Source: a bacterium (lineage in GTDB: Bacteria; Electryoneota; Electryoneia; Electryoneales; Electryoneaceae). From it: a DNA stretch of 64,000 nt. The translations under genes were made by a program, and so were the position numbers. Positions 8,439 through 18,074 of the stretch are shown here, in pieces. Position 1 is the first letter of the stretch. Each line of letters begins with the position of its first letter. The stretch lies in contig CAXXKJ010000002.1 in the NCBI GenBank assembly GCA_963675295.2, positions 2,176,001 to 2,240,000 of the forward strand. Reading direction: 5' to 3'. Below the pieces are notes generated by a model that did no database searches, had not been told where the DNA came from, and saw only the letters and a list, made by a program, of their open reading frames with translations.

Positions 8439-10624
8439 ATGTCCCGATCTACGCTGTCACCCTTCACACCAGCATCGGCCTTGGCTGGACGATCCTCGCC
8501 GCGCTGGCGTTGATCGCGCTTGCGGCGTGGAGCTACCGCTGGACCCGTCCGCCGCTACCCGTCTGGGGGCGAACCTCACTCGCGGTTCTCCGCGCGCTGG
8601 CATTCCTCGCGGTCCTGATGCTCGTGACCGGATTCCAGTTCCGCTGGGTCAACGAGGAACCGGTCCGCCCGCGTGTTGCGCTGCTGCTGGACGCCTCCGA
8701 ATCCATGAGCTTCACCGATCCGGCGGGCAACCGTGCGGACAGCGTTCGCGCGCTGGTCGAGCATCCGATCTGGAACGAACTACGGCAGGATGTTGAGCTG
8801 GAACCGGCGGCATTTGCGGCGCACGTGATGCCGTGGCGCGGACGCGATGTCCCGGCGTTGGACGGTCCGGTGACCAATGTCGAGGCGGCGCTCAGCGATT
8901 TTTCCGGACGCGCCGAAGGTCCGCCCGAGGCGTTGGTGTTGATCAGTGACGGCGCGTTCAACCGAGGCGGGGCTTACACCGCCGCCGCCCGGCGTCTTGG
9001 CGCGCCGGTGTATCCGGTCGCGGTCGGGGATTCGCTGCCCTCAAAGGATCTGGTCGTCGCGTCACTGGTCGCGCCCGAGCTGGGCTACGCTGGCGAACCT
9101 TTCCCGCTGGACGTCACCATCCGTGCAACCGGTGCCGACGGCGAAACCGCGAAACTCCGTGTCATCGGCGAGGATGGCCAGGTGCTCGCGACGCAGGATA
9201 TGACGATCGAGGGCACGTGGAGCGAGCAGACGGTTACCGTCGAGCTGACCCCGCAACGCGCCGGCGTCAACTCTTGGACCGTCGAGGTCGCCTCATTCGA
9301 CGACGAGATCGACCTTTCCAACAACACCCGCCGCGCGGTGGTACGTGCCGCCGAACGCCGTCGCACGGTGCTGGTATTCGCTCCGGCTCCGCACCCGGAC
9401 GCCGGCGCGGTCGCGCGGACACTGGAAGAGGACCCCGACACCGACGCTTTGATCGTGATCGGCGGGGGGCGGTTGTCCCGGCCGGTGCGCGGATCGTGGG
9501 ACGAGATCAATCCGGCGAACCTGGACGCCGCGTTGATCTTCCTCCAGGGCCCGTGGTCGGATCGCGCGAAGGAAACGCTGCGCGCCCTGATCGACGCCAA
9601 CCTGCCCACCGCATGGTTCGTCGGCGACGAGCGCCTGCCCAACGACATCTTCACCCTCGTCGCGGAATCGATTGGCAACCCGCAGCCGTGGATTCAGCCA
9701 CGTGAGGCGATCCTGCGGCCGGTCGCGGCGCACCCGATCTTCACCGACGACGGCCTGTTCTTCGACGAAGGCGTGACGCCGCCGGTGTTGCGCGGCCCGT
9801 ACAACCCCAACGAGGGCCGCACCCTCGCGGTGATCGACACCGACGACGAAGACCTGCCAACCATCGTCGTGCCGTCGCAGAATCCCCGCACCATTGCCTG
9901 GTTTGCCAGCGGACTGGCGGCGTGGGACCGTGTCCGCCGCGCCGAGGATCCGGGCGGCCTCGGCTTCCACGACCTGTTCGACCGCACCCTGCGCTGGCTC
10001 ACCGGCGGCGGCGAACAGGAACGCATCACCGTCCGCGCCGAACAGGAACTGTACGCCGGCGGGGAAGAGGTGCGCCTCGTCGCATCCGTCGCCGACCCCG
10101 GCCTGTCACCCGTCGAGGACGCGCGTGTCGTCGCAACCGTCACTCGCCGCGCCGTCGGGGGTGATGATGATGGTGCCCCTGATGGCTCCGCCAGCAGGGC
10201 TACTTCGAACGACAACAACACCGACCGCACCCGCACCGTCGAGTTCCAGTCGTTGGGTGGCGGACGCTACATGACCACCTTCCTCCCTTGGGGTGAAGGA
10301 CGCTACACCTTCGACACGACCGTCGAGACCGACGAAGAAACCGTCGCCCGTTCTGGCGAATTCGTCGTCGACAAGTTCCAGCTTGAGGCGGCGGAACGGC
10401 GCATGCGTCCCGACCGGCTGCGCGCTTTGGCCGAAGCGACCGGCGGTCAGGTCGTCTGGTCCTCCGCCGACTTGGACACGTTGCTGTCTCTCCTGCCCCG
10501 CAGCGGCGAACTGGTGGAAGTACGCGGATCGTGGCGACCGTTCGGTCTGTGGCTTACCTTGCTGCTGGTGGTGGGTTTGCTCGCCGCCGAGTGGATCACC
10601 CGCACACGGACGGGGATGGCGTAA
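8435..10624 (+). CDS. Membrane protein with vWA domain, Ig-like and GATase-like regions
   Basis: N-terminal TMs, LLDASESM MIDAS, LISDG, C-terminal LAEATGG and LLAAEW TM. Confidence 0.75.
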   Translation: MNVPIYAVTLHTSIGLGWTILAALALIALAAWSYRWTRPPLPVWGRTSLAVLRALAFLAVLMLVTGFQFRWVNEEPVRPRVALLLDASESMSFTDPAGNRADSVRALVEHPIWNELRQDVELEPAAFAAHVMPWRGRDVPALDGPVTNVEAALSDFSGRAEGPPEALVLISDGAFNRGGAYTAAARRLGAPVYPVAVGDSLPSKDLVVASLVAPELGYAGEPFPLDVTIRATGADGETAKLRVIGEDGQVLATQDMTIEGTWSEQTVTVELTPQRAGVNSWTVEVASFDDEIDLSNNTRRAVVRAAERRRTVLVFAPAPHPDAGAVARTLEEDPDTDALIVIGGGRLSRPVRGSWDEINPANLDAALIFLQGPWSDRAKETLRALIDANLPTAWFVGDERLPNDIFTLVAESIGNPQPWIQPREAILRPVAAHPIFTDDGLFFDEGVTPPVLRGPYNPNEGRTLAVIDTDDEDLPTIVVPSQNPRTIAWFASGLAAWDRVRRAEDPGGLGFHDLFDRTLRWLTGGGEQERITVRAEQELYAGGEEVRLVASVADPGLSPVEDARVVATVTRRAVGGDDDGAPDGSASRATSNDNNTDRTRTVEFQSLGGGRYMTTFLPWGEGRYTFDTTVETDEETVARSGEFVVDKFQLEAAERRMRPDRLRALAEATGGQVVWSSADLDTLLSLLPRSGELVEVRGSWRPFGLWLTLLLVVGLLAAEWITRTRTGMA
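10173..10201. repeat. Palindromic family E element inside a CDS
   Basis: GTGCCCCTGATGGCTCCGCCAGCAGGGCT identical to intergenic 38692-38720. Confidence 0.85.
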
Positions 10625-10668
10625 GAGCAAAGCTGTATAACGCATTGAGCTAAACAGGGAGTGGTGAA

Positions 10669-12045
10669 ATGAGCGAAAGCAATTGGATGAAAGTGGGTCT
10701 TAAGGGGGATCCATTTTCTACCAGTGCATTACTAGCTACGCCTGAATTGCCCAACCTCTTCGCTGGTAGAAAAGATGAACTCACCAGAATCGCAACTAGA
10801 ATCGCTACTTCTAATGGATCGATAAATATAATTGCAGGAGAAATTGGAGTTGGCAAATCAACACTTGTAAATGCACTTGGATACTTTTCGATGAGTAACC
10901 AAACTATTCCAGAGGTTGAGTTAGATATCCCCCGCTTACTTCCGTGTTATTGTGAAATAGTATTAACAAAACACGAGTCAGCACAATCGATTATGAAGAC
11001 TATAATATCTTCGTTGGCCGAAAGTGTAATGGAATATTTGAATCTTGAGGAAATATATACTTTAGAAAGTCCACTCAGAGAATTACTAGCACTAAATATT
11101 AAACAGGTTGATTCAGATAGAATAAAACGCTGGGAGGTCGGATTAGAGCTAATTAGTGTTAAAGTAGAGAACGAAGAGAGCCTTGGTGCTGACGCTCTCT
11201 ATACTAGACAATATTTAGATCATGTTTTAGATCTAATTGAGTCGGAATTAAATTTTGATGGAGTTATCCTATGTATAGACAGATTTAAAATATATAATGA
11301 TTCAATGTTTATAGATGCGCTCGATGTATTACGTGATATAGCTTTCGTAAATGAAAGAATTAATTGGTTTTTATTTGGTGATAAAGGTATATCGAAGTCA
11401 ATTATAGATTTAATTCCTCGATTTAGAGATTTTATAGAGGCTGAAATAGTGTTGAACTATTTTTCGTTAGATGATTTACATGATCTTGTTAAAAAAAGGA
11501 TTGATTATTATAGAATAGATAGTAATATAGAATTTCCTGTCGATTATCGAGTTCTTAGGGTTGTGTACAGGTATTCTCATGGGCATACGAGGAATACTGT
11601 TAAATTATTCGGTAGCATTCTACGAATATACGTACAAAACAAGTCGTTTAGAGGAAAAACTATAGATAGAGATCTTTTTATAACGATATTAACTATTCAC
11701 TCTAATGGATATTTGAACCATCCTGATCTCAGTGATGAACAACGAAATGTAATGGAAGTATTGCTGGACCGAGGGTCATTTAGGCCACTTGAATATGCAG
11801 AATTTGGCCATGTTGCGCGGGAGAATTTTACATCGGTATATCGTGCTTTGGAAGCTAAAGGATTAATATATAGGGCTTCTAAAGAGACTAATAAAAGTGT
11901 ATACAAGCCAGACGGATTGGGGATAAGCTTAGGGTTGTCAGGAAGAATTGGAGAGGCTGCTAAAGTAGCAGCTGCTAAGCTGGTGGAGAAAATGGTTGAT
12001 GAAGATACTGAGGCGGGACAATTGGGTTTGTTTTCCATCTCATAG
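10669..12045 (+). CDS. AT-rich P-loop ATPase (AAA/STAND-like) with probable C-terminal winged helix
   Basis: GLKGDPF, FAGRKDEL, Walker A GEIGVGKST, Walker B-like ILCID, HGHTRN; abrupt composition shift. Confidence 0.75.
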   Translation: MSESNWMKVGLKGDPFSTSALLATPELPNLFAGRKDELTRIATRIATSNGSINIIAGEIGVGKSTLVNALGYFSMSNQTIPEVELDIPRLLPCYCEIVLTKHESAQSIMKTIISSLAESVMEYLNLEEIYTLESPLRELLALNIKQVDSDRIKRWEVGLELISVKVENEESLGADALYTRQYLDHVLDLIESELNFDGVILCIDRFKIYNDSMFIDALDVLRDIAFVNERINWFLFGDKGISKSIIDLIPRFRDFIEAEIVLNYFSLDDLHDLVKKRIDYYRIDSNIEFPVDYRVLRVVYRYSHGHTRNTVKLFGSILRIYVQNKSFRGKTIDRDLFITILTIHSNGYLNHPDLSDEQRNVMEVLLDRGSFRPLEYAEFGHVARENFTSVYRALEAKGLIYRASKETNKSVYKPDGLGISLGLSGRIGEAAKVAAAKLVEKMVDEDTEAGQLGLFSIS

Positions 12046-12106
12046 AGTCGCCCATGATTAATACTAGAAGTGTTAGTATTGTGAGGTGCAATTGAACCAA
12101 AGCGAC

Positions 12107-12322
12107 ATGCCACAGCGCCCCGGCCTTAAGCTGAAGAAGGTCTCGGATGATCCGGAAGCCTGGATTGCCGTCGAAGGCAAGCTGACGATCGAGGAGAGTT
12201 TTGTGATCACGTATCAGCTGAGCCGGGAATGGGCGATCAAGCAAGGCTATGATCCGGACGCACCGATGCGAAGGGATAAAATCTATAGGCGTAAATTGGG
12301 TGATCCGCCTGTTGACGAATAG
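12107..12322 (+). CDS. Small hypothetical protein, antitoxin-like
   Basis: Open frame of about 71 aa; GYDPDAPMRRD resembles small partners of nucleotidyltransferase genes (recollection, unverified). Confidence 0.5.
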   Translation: MPQRPGLKLKKVSDDPEAWIAVEGKLTIEESFVITYQLSREWAIKQGYDPDAPMRRDKIYRRKLGDPPVDE

Positions 12323-12406
12323 GTTGGGCATAAAATGCAACCGACCATGCGCAGTTTAGTCGAGTGACATCAACACGAACAGCGAAGTTGTGCACTGAGG
12401 GAGATC

Positions 12407-13963
12407 ATGGCGAACGTACGGCTGGAGAAGTTGCGGGAACTCAAGAACCAGGCCCTGCTTGGTGGCGGCGAAAAGCGGATTGACGCGCAGCACAAGAAGG
12501 GCAAATTGACCGCGCGTGAGCGTCTCGACCTGTTGCTCGACCCGGGCACATTCGAGGAGGTCGACATGCTGGTCAAGGCCCGCACGCCCGAATCCGGCTT
12601 CACGATGCCCGAATACCTTGGCGACGGCGTCGTCACCGGCTATGGCCGCATCGACGGCCGCGTCGTCTTCGTCTTCAGCCAGGACTTCACCGTCATCGGC
12701 GGCACGTTGTCCGAGGCGCACGGCCGCAAGATCTGCAAGATCATGGACATGGCGATGAAAGTCGGCGCGCCGGTGATCGGCTTGAACGACTCCGGCGGCG
12801 CCCGTGTGCAGGAAGGCGTGGTCAGCCTTGGCGCGTACGCCGACATCTTCCTCCGCAACACGCTTGCGTCTGGCGTCGTGCCGCAGATTTCCGCCGTGCT
12901 TGGCCCTTGCGCGGGCGGAGCGGTGTATTCGCCGGCGATCACCGACTTTGTCGCGATGACCCGTGGCACCAGCTACATGTTCGTCACCGGTCCGAAGGTG
13001 GTGAAGACCGTCACGCACGAAGAGGTCAGCAGCGAGGACCTCGGCGGCGCGGACACGCACGCCTCCAAGTCCGGCGTCGCCCATTTCGCCTGCGACGACG
13101 AGATGGCCACCCTCCGCACCGTGCGCGAACTCGTCAGCTACATGCCGCAGAACAACCTCGAGGATCCGCCGCTGATCGATTCCGGCGACAACCCGCACCG
13201 CATGGACGCCGAGCTGGACGAGATCATCCCCGACAATCCGAACAAACCGTACGATATGAAAGCGGTGATCCGCCATATCGTTGACGACGGCAAGCTCCTC
13301 GAAGTGCACGAAAACTGGGCGGAGAATATCATCGTCGGGTTCGCACGCCTTGGCGGACGGTCGGTCGGCATCATCGCCAACCAGCCGAGCGTGCTCGCGG
13401 GCGTGCTCGATATCAATTCCAGCCGCAAGGGCGCGCGCTTCATCCGTTTCTGTGACGCCTTCAACATCCCGATCATCACCTTCGAAGATGTCCCCGGCTT
13501 CCTGCCCGGCACCGACCAGGAGTGGAACGGGATCATCTCCAACGGCGCGAAGCTGCTGTACGCATACAGCGAGGCGAGCGTCCCGAAGATCACCGTGATC
13601 ACACGCAAGGCGTACGGCGGCGCGTACGACGTCATGAACAGCAAGCACGTGCGCGGCGACATGAACTACGCGTGGCCGAGTGCGGAGATCGCCGTCATGG
13701 GCGCCGAGGGAGCCGTCGAAATCGTCTTCCGCAAGGAACTTAGCAAGATCGAGGACCCCGACGAACAACAGCGTGCCATTGCCGAGTATATTGAACAGTA
13801 CCGCGACAGCTTCGCCAATCCGTATATTGCTGCCGCGCGCGGGTATGTGGACGAAGTCATCGAGCCCAGCCAGACCCGTCCCAAACTGATCAACGCCCTG
13901 GCGATGCTCGATTCCAAGGTCGATCCGAATCCCAAGAAGAAACACGGGAATATTCCGTTGTAG
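12407..13963 (+). CDS. pccB: Acyl-CoA (propionyl/methylmalonyl-CoA) carboxylase carboxyltransferase beta subunit
   Basis: [52 protein letters not shown]. Confidence 0.93.
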   Translation: MANVRLEKLRELKNQALLGGGEKRIDAQHKKGKLTARERLDLLLDPGTFEEVDMLVKARTPESGFTMPEYLGDGVVTGYGRIDGRVVFVFSQDFTVIGGTLSEAHGRKICKIMDMAMKVGAPVIGLNDSGGARVQEGVVSLGAYADIFLRNTLASGVVPQISAVLGPCAGGAVYSPAITDFVAMTRGTSYMFVTGPKVVKTVTHEEVSSEDLGGADTHASKSGVAHFACDDEMATLRTVRELVSYMPQNNLEDPPLIDSGDNPHRMDAELDEIIPDNPNKPYDMKAVIRHIVDDGKLLEVHENWAENIIVGFARLGGRSVGIIANQPSVLAGVLDINSSRKGARFIRFCDAFNIPIITFEDVPGFLPGTDQEWNGIISNGAKLLYAYSEASVPKITVITRKAYGGAYDVMNSKHVRGDMNYAWPSAEIAVMGAEGAVEIVFRKELSKIEDPDEQQRAIAEYIEQYRDSFANPYIAAARGYVDEVIEPSQTRPKLINALAMLDSKVDPNPKKKHGNIPL

Positions 13964-14002
13964 ATCCATGGTCCACAACTTAAAAAGTTGGAGAATACCA
14001 CG

Positions 14003-17000
14003 ATGATTAAAATACTTCATCTGAGCGATCTTCATGTTACAGATTATAGTGAGATAGATATTAGAAACTTTGATTATGTATTTGAAGCGTGTAAAAATGA
14101 GTTACTTGATGCCGAAGAGGTATTAATTATTCTAAGTGGCGATCTTGTATTTAGTGGAAACTCTCAACAATATGAAACATTAAAAAAGTATGTAATACAT
14201 TTGGTTGAAAGGATAAACGGCTATTGTAAGATACAGACCAAAGTATTCTCAGTGCCGGGTAACCACGATTGTAACTACGAGCATCCTCAATCCGATCCAA
14301 GAGAAGTGTTACTGAATAGCTATAACCCTGAGGAAAAGAAGGTGCTCACTAAAAGTACAATTGAATTTTGTAATCAAGTATTGGATAATTTTTATAATTT
14401 TAACAACGAAATAGATACAGATAAGCCTATAATAATAAATGATATTGTAAATGTATCGTCAATAAAGCTTAAAAACGGGAATAAAATAAATATTATAAAA
14501 TTCAATAGTGCTTGGGGGTGTTTAAAAGATTCTAAGCCAGCCTCGTTACCACTTCCTTCAGAATACTATGATATAGACCCAGCTTTTATAGATAAAAGTA
14601 GTTTTAATATTGCAGTTATGCACCATCCGATTGAATGGCTTTATAGAGAAGACGCAAGAAAACTTAGATCATGGTTTAGGGGGAATATAGATATTTTGTT
14701 TACAGGTCATGAGCATATTACGGATTCATATCTGTTAGGTGTTGATGAAAAAGAGACGATGAAAGTAGTTGAGGCAGGTATTTTGCGTCAAAAAGAGAAT
14801 AATTGGAGTAATTCGACTTTTAATATTATTACAATTAATTATAATGATAACAGTATCATATATAATGAGTATGTTAGGAGTGGTGGTGGCAAATATAGAA
14901 GGAAAAAAATAAATAATTGGCAGTTAGGAGATAAAGTGCCTTCTTTCGCAAGTTCTAGACTTACTATTTTAGATCCCAAATGGAAGGATAAATTATTTAC
15001 AACTAATATGGAGTTAGTTAGGGCTGCTGAAGGGAAAGACAACTACTTAGTTGAAGAGATATTTGTATACCCTATGTTGAGTGCGACACTGACATCGGTG
15101 ACTAAAAATGACAAATCTGGTCATGTAAAATCTCAGAAACTGGTTGATAATTGCTCCATAAAATCGTATCAGGCGATTATAGTAGGTGAATCGCAATCAG
15201 GTAAAACGACACTGCTAAAAAAGTATTATATTGACCTTTTGGCAAAAGGACTTCGTCCCATTATGTTAAATGCAGAAGATCTAATTAGTAATAGTCCTAG
15301 TATACAAGATATAATAAAGAATAGTTGTATAAAACAATATAATGATGTACAAGAACAGGACATGGGAGACTTAGATTATCAAGAAGTTGTGCTTCTTATT
15401 GATAACTATGATGATATTCATGATAATCCGAAATGGCAGGAGCTATATGAGCAGATTAAATCATATGAAATGCCTATAATTATGACTGTCCAGGAGGAAT
15501 TTCAGTTTAATAATATTGTAAGTGCTACAAGTGGTGATATAGATCCATTAAAAGAATATGAATGGTTTAAAATTGAATATTACGGTCATATGTTACGTGA
15601 AAAAATTGTAAAAAAATGGCTAATACTTCAAAGCGGTGGAGCTATAAAATATGAGGCAAAAGAAGTCGGCAAAAAAATGCGAGTACTTCGTGAGCTAATT
15701 GGAAGAAATTATATTCCATCTTATCCTATATTTATATATACTATACTAAGTGCGGGTGACTTTTCTCCTGGGGCAGATATTCAGAAATCTGCTTACGTAC
15801 ATTATTACAACCACTTAGTTGTTAGAGCTATGGTAAATGCAGGTATTAAACCTGAGGATTTAGATGGTGTGATGAAGTACTTGTCAGAAATGGCATATAA
15901 AATATTTAAAGATGGTCAAAGTATGACAAGAAAAGATTTTGGCCAATTTCAAATTAATTATATCGATGAATATGATATATCTGCTTCTATAATAGAAGAT
16001 ATCGAAGCTTTACTACATGCATTAGTAAAATCAAGAATAATATCACGCATCGATGACGAGATATCTTTCAACTATAAATACGCATTTTATTATTTTGTTG
16101 CTAAATACATTGCTGAAGATATGCCTAACTCAAAGCAAGAGATTGTATCGTTGATTAACGATCTAGATTCTGATATTAGCGCTAGTATATTAATGTTTGT
16201 CACACATCACAGCAAGGATCCTTTTATATTACAAAGTATAGAAACTGAAATACAAGATATATTCAATGGCACTAGTGAGATATGCTTTGAGGAAGATGTG
16301 AAGATAATAAGTGATCTTGTGTCCGAGATACCTCAGCAGGTGTACTATGATGATGACACAGATCAAATTCGATACAAACATATGAGAAATCAAGATAAGC
16401 TTGAGGAGGAGGAATTAGGTGGAGAACTTCAAGAAATATCAGAGAAACAAGTGTATGATGTTGTACTGCAATTAAGAAGAGCGTTTCGGGCTATTGGTAT
16501 TGCAGGGCAGGTATTGAAAAACTATTCAGGTTCAATGAAAGCAGACAAAAGAATAGAACTCGGCAAAATTACGTATTCGTTGTGTATGCGGGCTATTAAG
16601 CGCGTATACGAGCTATTTGAAAGTGAAAGAGAGATATTATTGGGATTAATAATAAATGAATTGAAAAGACAGTATGATGTAGAAGAATACAAGATCAAGG
16701 AAATGGCTTCGCAGCTTGTATTTTATATATATTCTAGAATTGCATATGCTTATATTAAAAGGTTATCAATGGCGATAGCACATGAAAAATTAGACAAGAC
16801 AATAGATCAAATAGAGAAATTATTTCAGAATACGGCCGGAAGGCTTGTCGATATTGCGGTGCGACTTGAATATCAAAAGGGAAGTGCTGTTGAAAAAGTG
16901 AAGCAAGCTTCAGAAAAACTGAAAGATAACAATCTGGCGACATTTTTGTTGCGAAGATTTGTTATCGATTATTTATATATGTTTGGAATACCTGTTAGAG

Positions 17001-17089
17001 AACAACAAAGTCTTTGTGAGGAAATGGATATTCAGATTGGCGACATGAGAAGAATCCAAGAGACTAGTCATACTAGAAAAGATAAATGA
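14003..17089 (+). CDS. AT-rich calcineurin-like metallophosphoesterase fused to STAND-class NTPase
   Basis: HLSDLH, SGDL, PGNHD, MHHP, GHEH; Walker A GESQSGKTT, Walker B LLIDNYD; helical C-terminus; GGAG before ATG 14003. Confidence 0.85.
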   Translation: MIKILHLSDLHVTDYSEIDIRNFDYVFEACKNELLDAEEVLIILSGDLVFSGNSQQYETLKKYVIHLVERINGYCKIQTKVFSVPGNHDCNYEHPQSDPREVLLNSYNPEEKKVLTKSTIEFCNQVLDNFYNFNNEIDTDKPIIINDIVNVSSIKLKNGNKINIIKFNSAWGCLKDSKPASLPLPSEYYDIDPAFIDKSSFNIAVMHHPIEWLYREDARKLRSWFRGNIDILFTGHEHITDSYLLGVDEKETMKVVEAGILRQKENNWSNSTFNIITINYNDNSIIYNEYVRSGGGKYRRKKINNWQLGDKVPSFASSRLTILDPKWKDKLFTTNMELVRAAEGKDNYLVEEIFVYPMLSATLTSVTKNDKSGHVKSQKLVDNCSIKSYQAIIVGESQSGKTTLLKKYYIDLLAKGLRPIMLNAEDLISNSPSIQDIIKNSCIKQYNDVQEQDMGDLDYQEVVLLIDNYDDIHDNPKWQELYEQIKSYEMPIIMTVQEEFQFNNIVSATSGDIDPLKEYEWFKIEYYGHMLREKIVKKWLILQSGGAIKYEAKEVGKKMRVLRELIGRNYIPSYPIFIYTILSAGDFSPGADIQKSAYVHYYNHLVVRAMVNAGIKPEDLDGVMKYLSEMAYKIFKDGQSMTRKDFGQFQINYIDEYDISASIIEDIEALLHALVKSRIISRIDDEISFNYKYAFYYFVAKYIAEDMPNSKQEIVSLINDLDSDISASILMFVTHHSKDPFILQSIETEIQDIFNGTSEICFEEDVKIISDLVSEIPQQVYYDDDTDQIRYKHMRNQDKLEEEELGGELQEISEKQVYDVVLQLRRAFRAIGIAGQVLKNYSGSMKADKRIELGKITYSLCMRAIKRVYELFESEREILLGLIINELKRQYDVEEYKIKEMASQLVFYIYSRIAYAYIKRLSMAIAHEKLDKTIDQIEKLFQNTAGRLVDIAVRLEYQKGSAVEKVKQASEKLKDNNLATFLLRRFVIDYLYMFGIPVREQQSLCEEMDIQIGDMRRIQETSHTRKDK

Positions 17090-17395
17090 AGAATCGGATT
17101 TAATAATGATGATATGTAACTAATATAAATACGGAACAAATATCAAATAACTTGTAGAGCAACTCTGTTAAATAATCGATGGCGTAATCGCTGGTTTAGT
17201 GGTGACACTCACGTTGTAACAACTCACACAGCATTTGGCACAGATTTGAGCCTCGCCTTCCTTCCCTCGTCCAACCTCTGTCATGAAACGAGTACGTTTC
17301 GTATCATACCATCCGACTTAGGGCAGCCAAACAAACGCAATCAGCAGAACACGCCCAACCGAACACCAACACACAACCCACGGAGCGACGCACCG

Positions 17396-17773
17396 ATGCT
17401 TTCGACGGAAACAGTCACTGAGTTGTTCAGCACGATTGACGAAATGGACGGGGAGAAGTTCGCCGAGTACCTCACGGACGACGGCGTGTTTGTCTGGGGG
17501 CAGCAGATGATGGTGGTCGGGCGTGAGCAGATTATCGCCGGCGTGAACGCGTTCTACAAGACGATCAAGAGCCTGCACCACAGCAAGCTGGTCTCGTGGG
17601 ACGGCGGCGACGGCGAGACGATGTTCGTACACGGCCAGGTGGATTACGTGTTGCCGAATGACGAGAAGGTCGGCATGCAGTTCCTCAACAAATTCGTGCT
17701 CCGCGACGGCAAGATCGCGCACTACCACGTCTTCATCGACCCGACCCCGATGTTCGAGCTGATGAGCAAGTGA
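17396..17773 (+). CDS. SnoaL/NTF2-like protein
   Basis: About 125 aa; VVGREQI and GKIAHYHVFIDP pattern; GGAG RBS. Confidence 0.8.
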   Translation: MLSTETVTELFSTIDEMDGEKFAEYLTDDGVFVWGQQMMVVGREQIIAGVNAFYKTIKSLHHSKLVSWDGGDGETMFVHGQVDYVLPNDEKVGMQFLNKFVLRDGKIAHYHVFIDPTPMFELMSK

Positions 17774-17779
17774 GGGATG

Positions 17780-17893
17780 GGCTACGGCCTGCGGTCGGCG
17801 GCCTGCGGTCGACTGGCTATGGGCTGAAGGCTATAGGCTGTAGGCGATTGGCGATTGGAACTACCCCCAGAGCCCAGAGCCCAGAGCCCAGAG
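17780..17893. repeat. Degenerate GGCTnnn heptamer run followed by (CCCAGAG)4
   Basis: About 11 units at 17780-17856 and 4 units at 17866-17893 in roughly inverted orientation. Confidence 0.75.
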
Positions 17894-17997
17894 CGCGACG
17901 TGCCCGTGTCAGCTTGCTGACGCGGACGATCCGAAGCCGCACAGAAACGCCGTCACGCTTCATGTACCACGGACCTCAGTTCGTGGGTTTCTTTTTC

Positions 17998-18051
17998 AGT
18001 TGCGTCCCTTGCGTCTGTTGCGTCTTTTGCGTCTTTTGCATCCCTTGCCTT
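17998..18051. repeat. 9-mer array (nnTTGCGTC)~6
   Basis: Reverse complement of the unit at 6075-6164. Confidence 0.85.
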
Positions 18052-18074
18052 ACCCACAGCCCACCGGCAACCAG

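Noticed and set aside
12324-12345. GTTGGGC attC-like core after the small ORF
   Set aside because: No matching RYYYAAC inverse core or attC fold, and no integron integrase
12356-14035. 559-aa minus-strand ORF, and similar long antisense ORFs (51492-53003, 28786-29976, 42761-43972, 60376-61455)
   Set aside because: Shadows of well-supported genes on the opposite strand, expected in GC-rich codon-biased DNA; no recognisable motifs
17146-17173. dif-like half site CTCTGTTAAAT at island edge
   Set aside because: Partial XerD arm match only, no XerC arm; likely chance in AT-rich DNA
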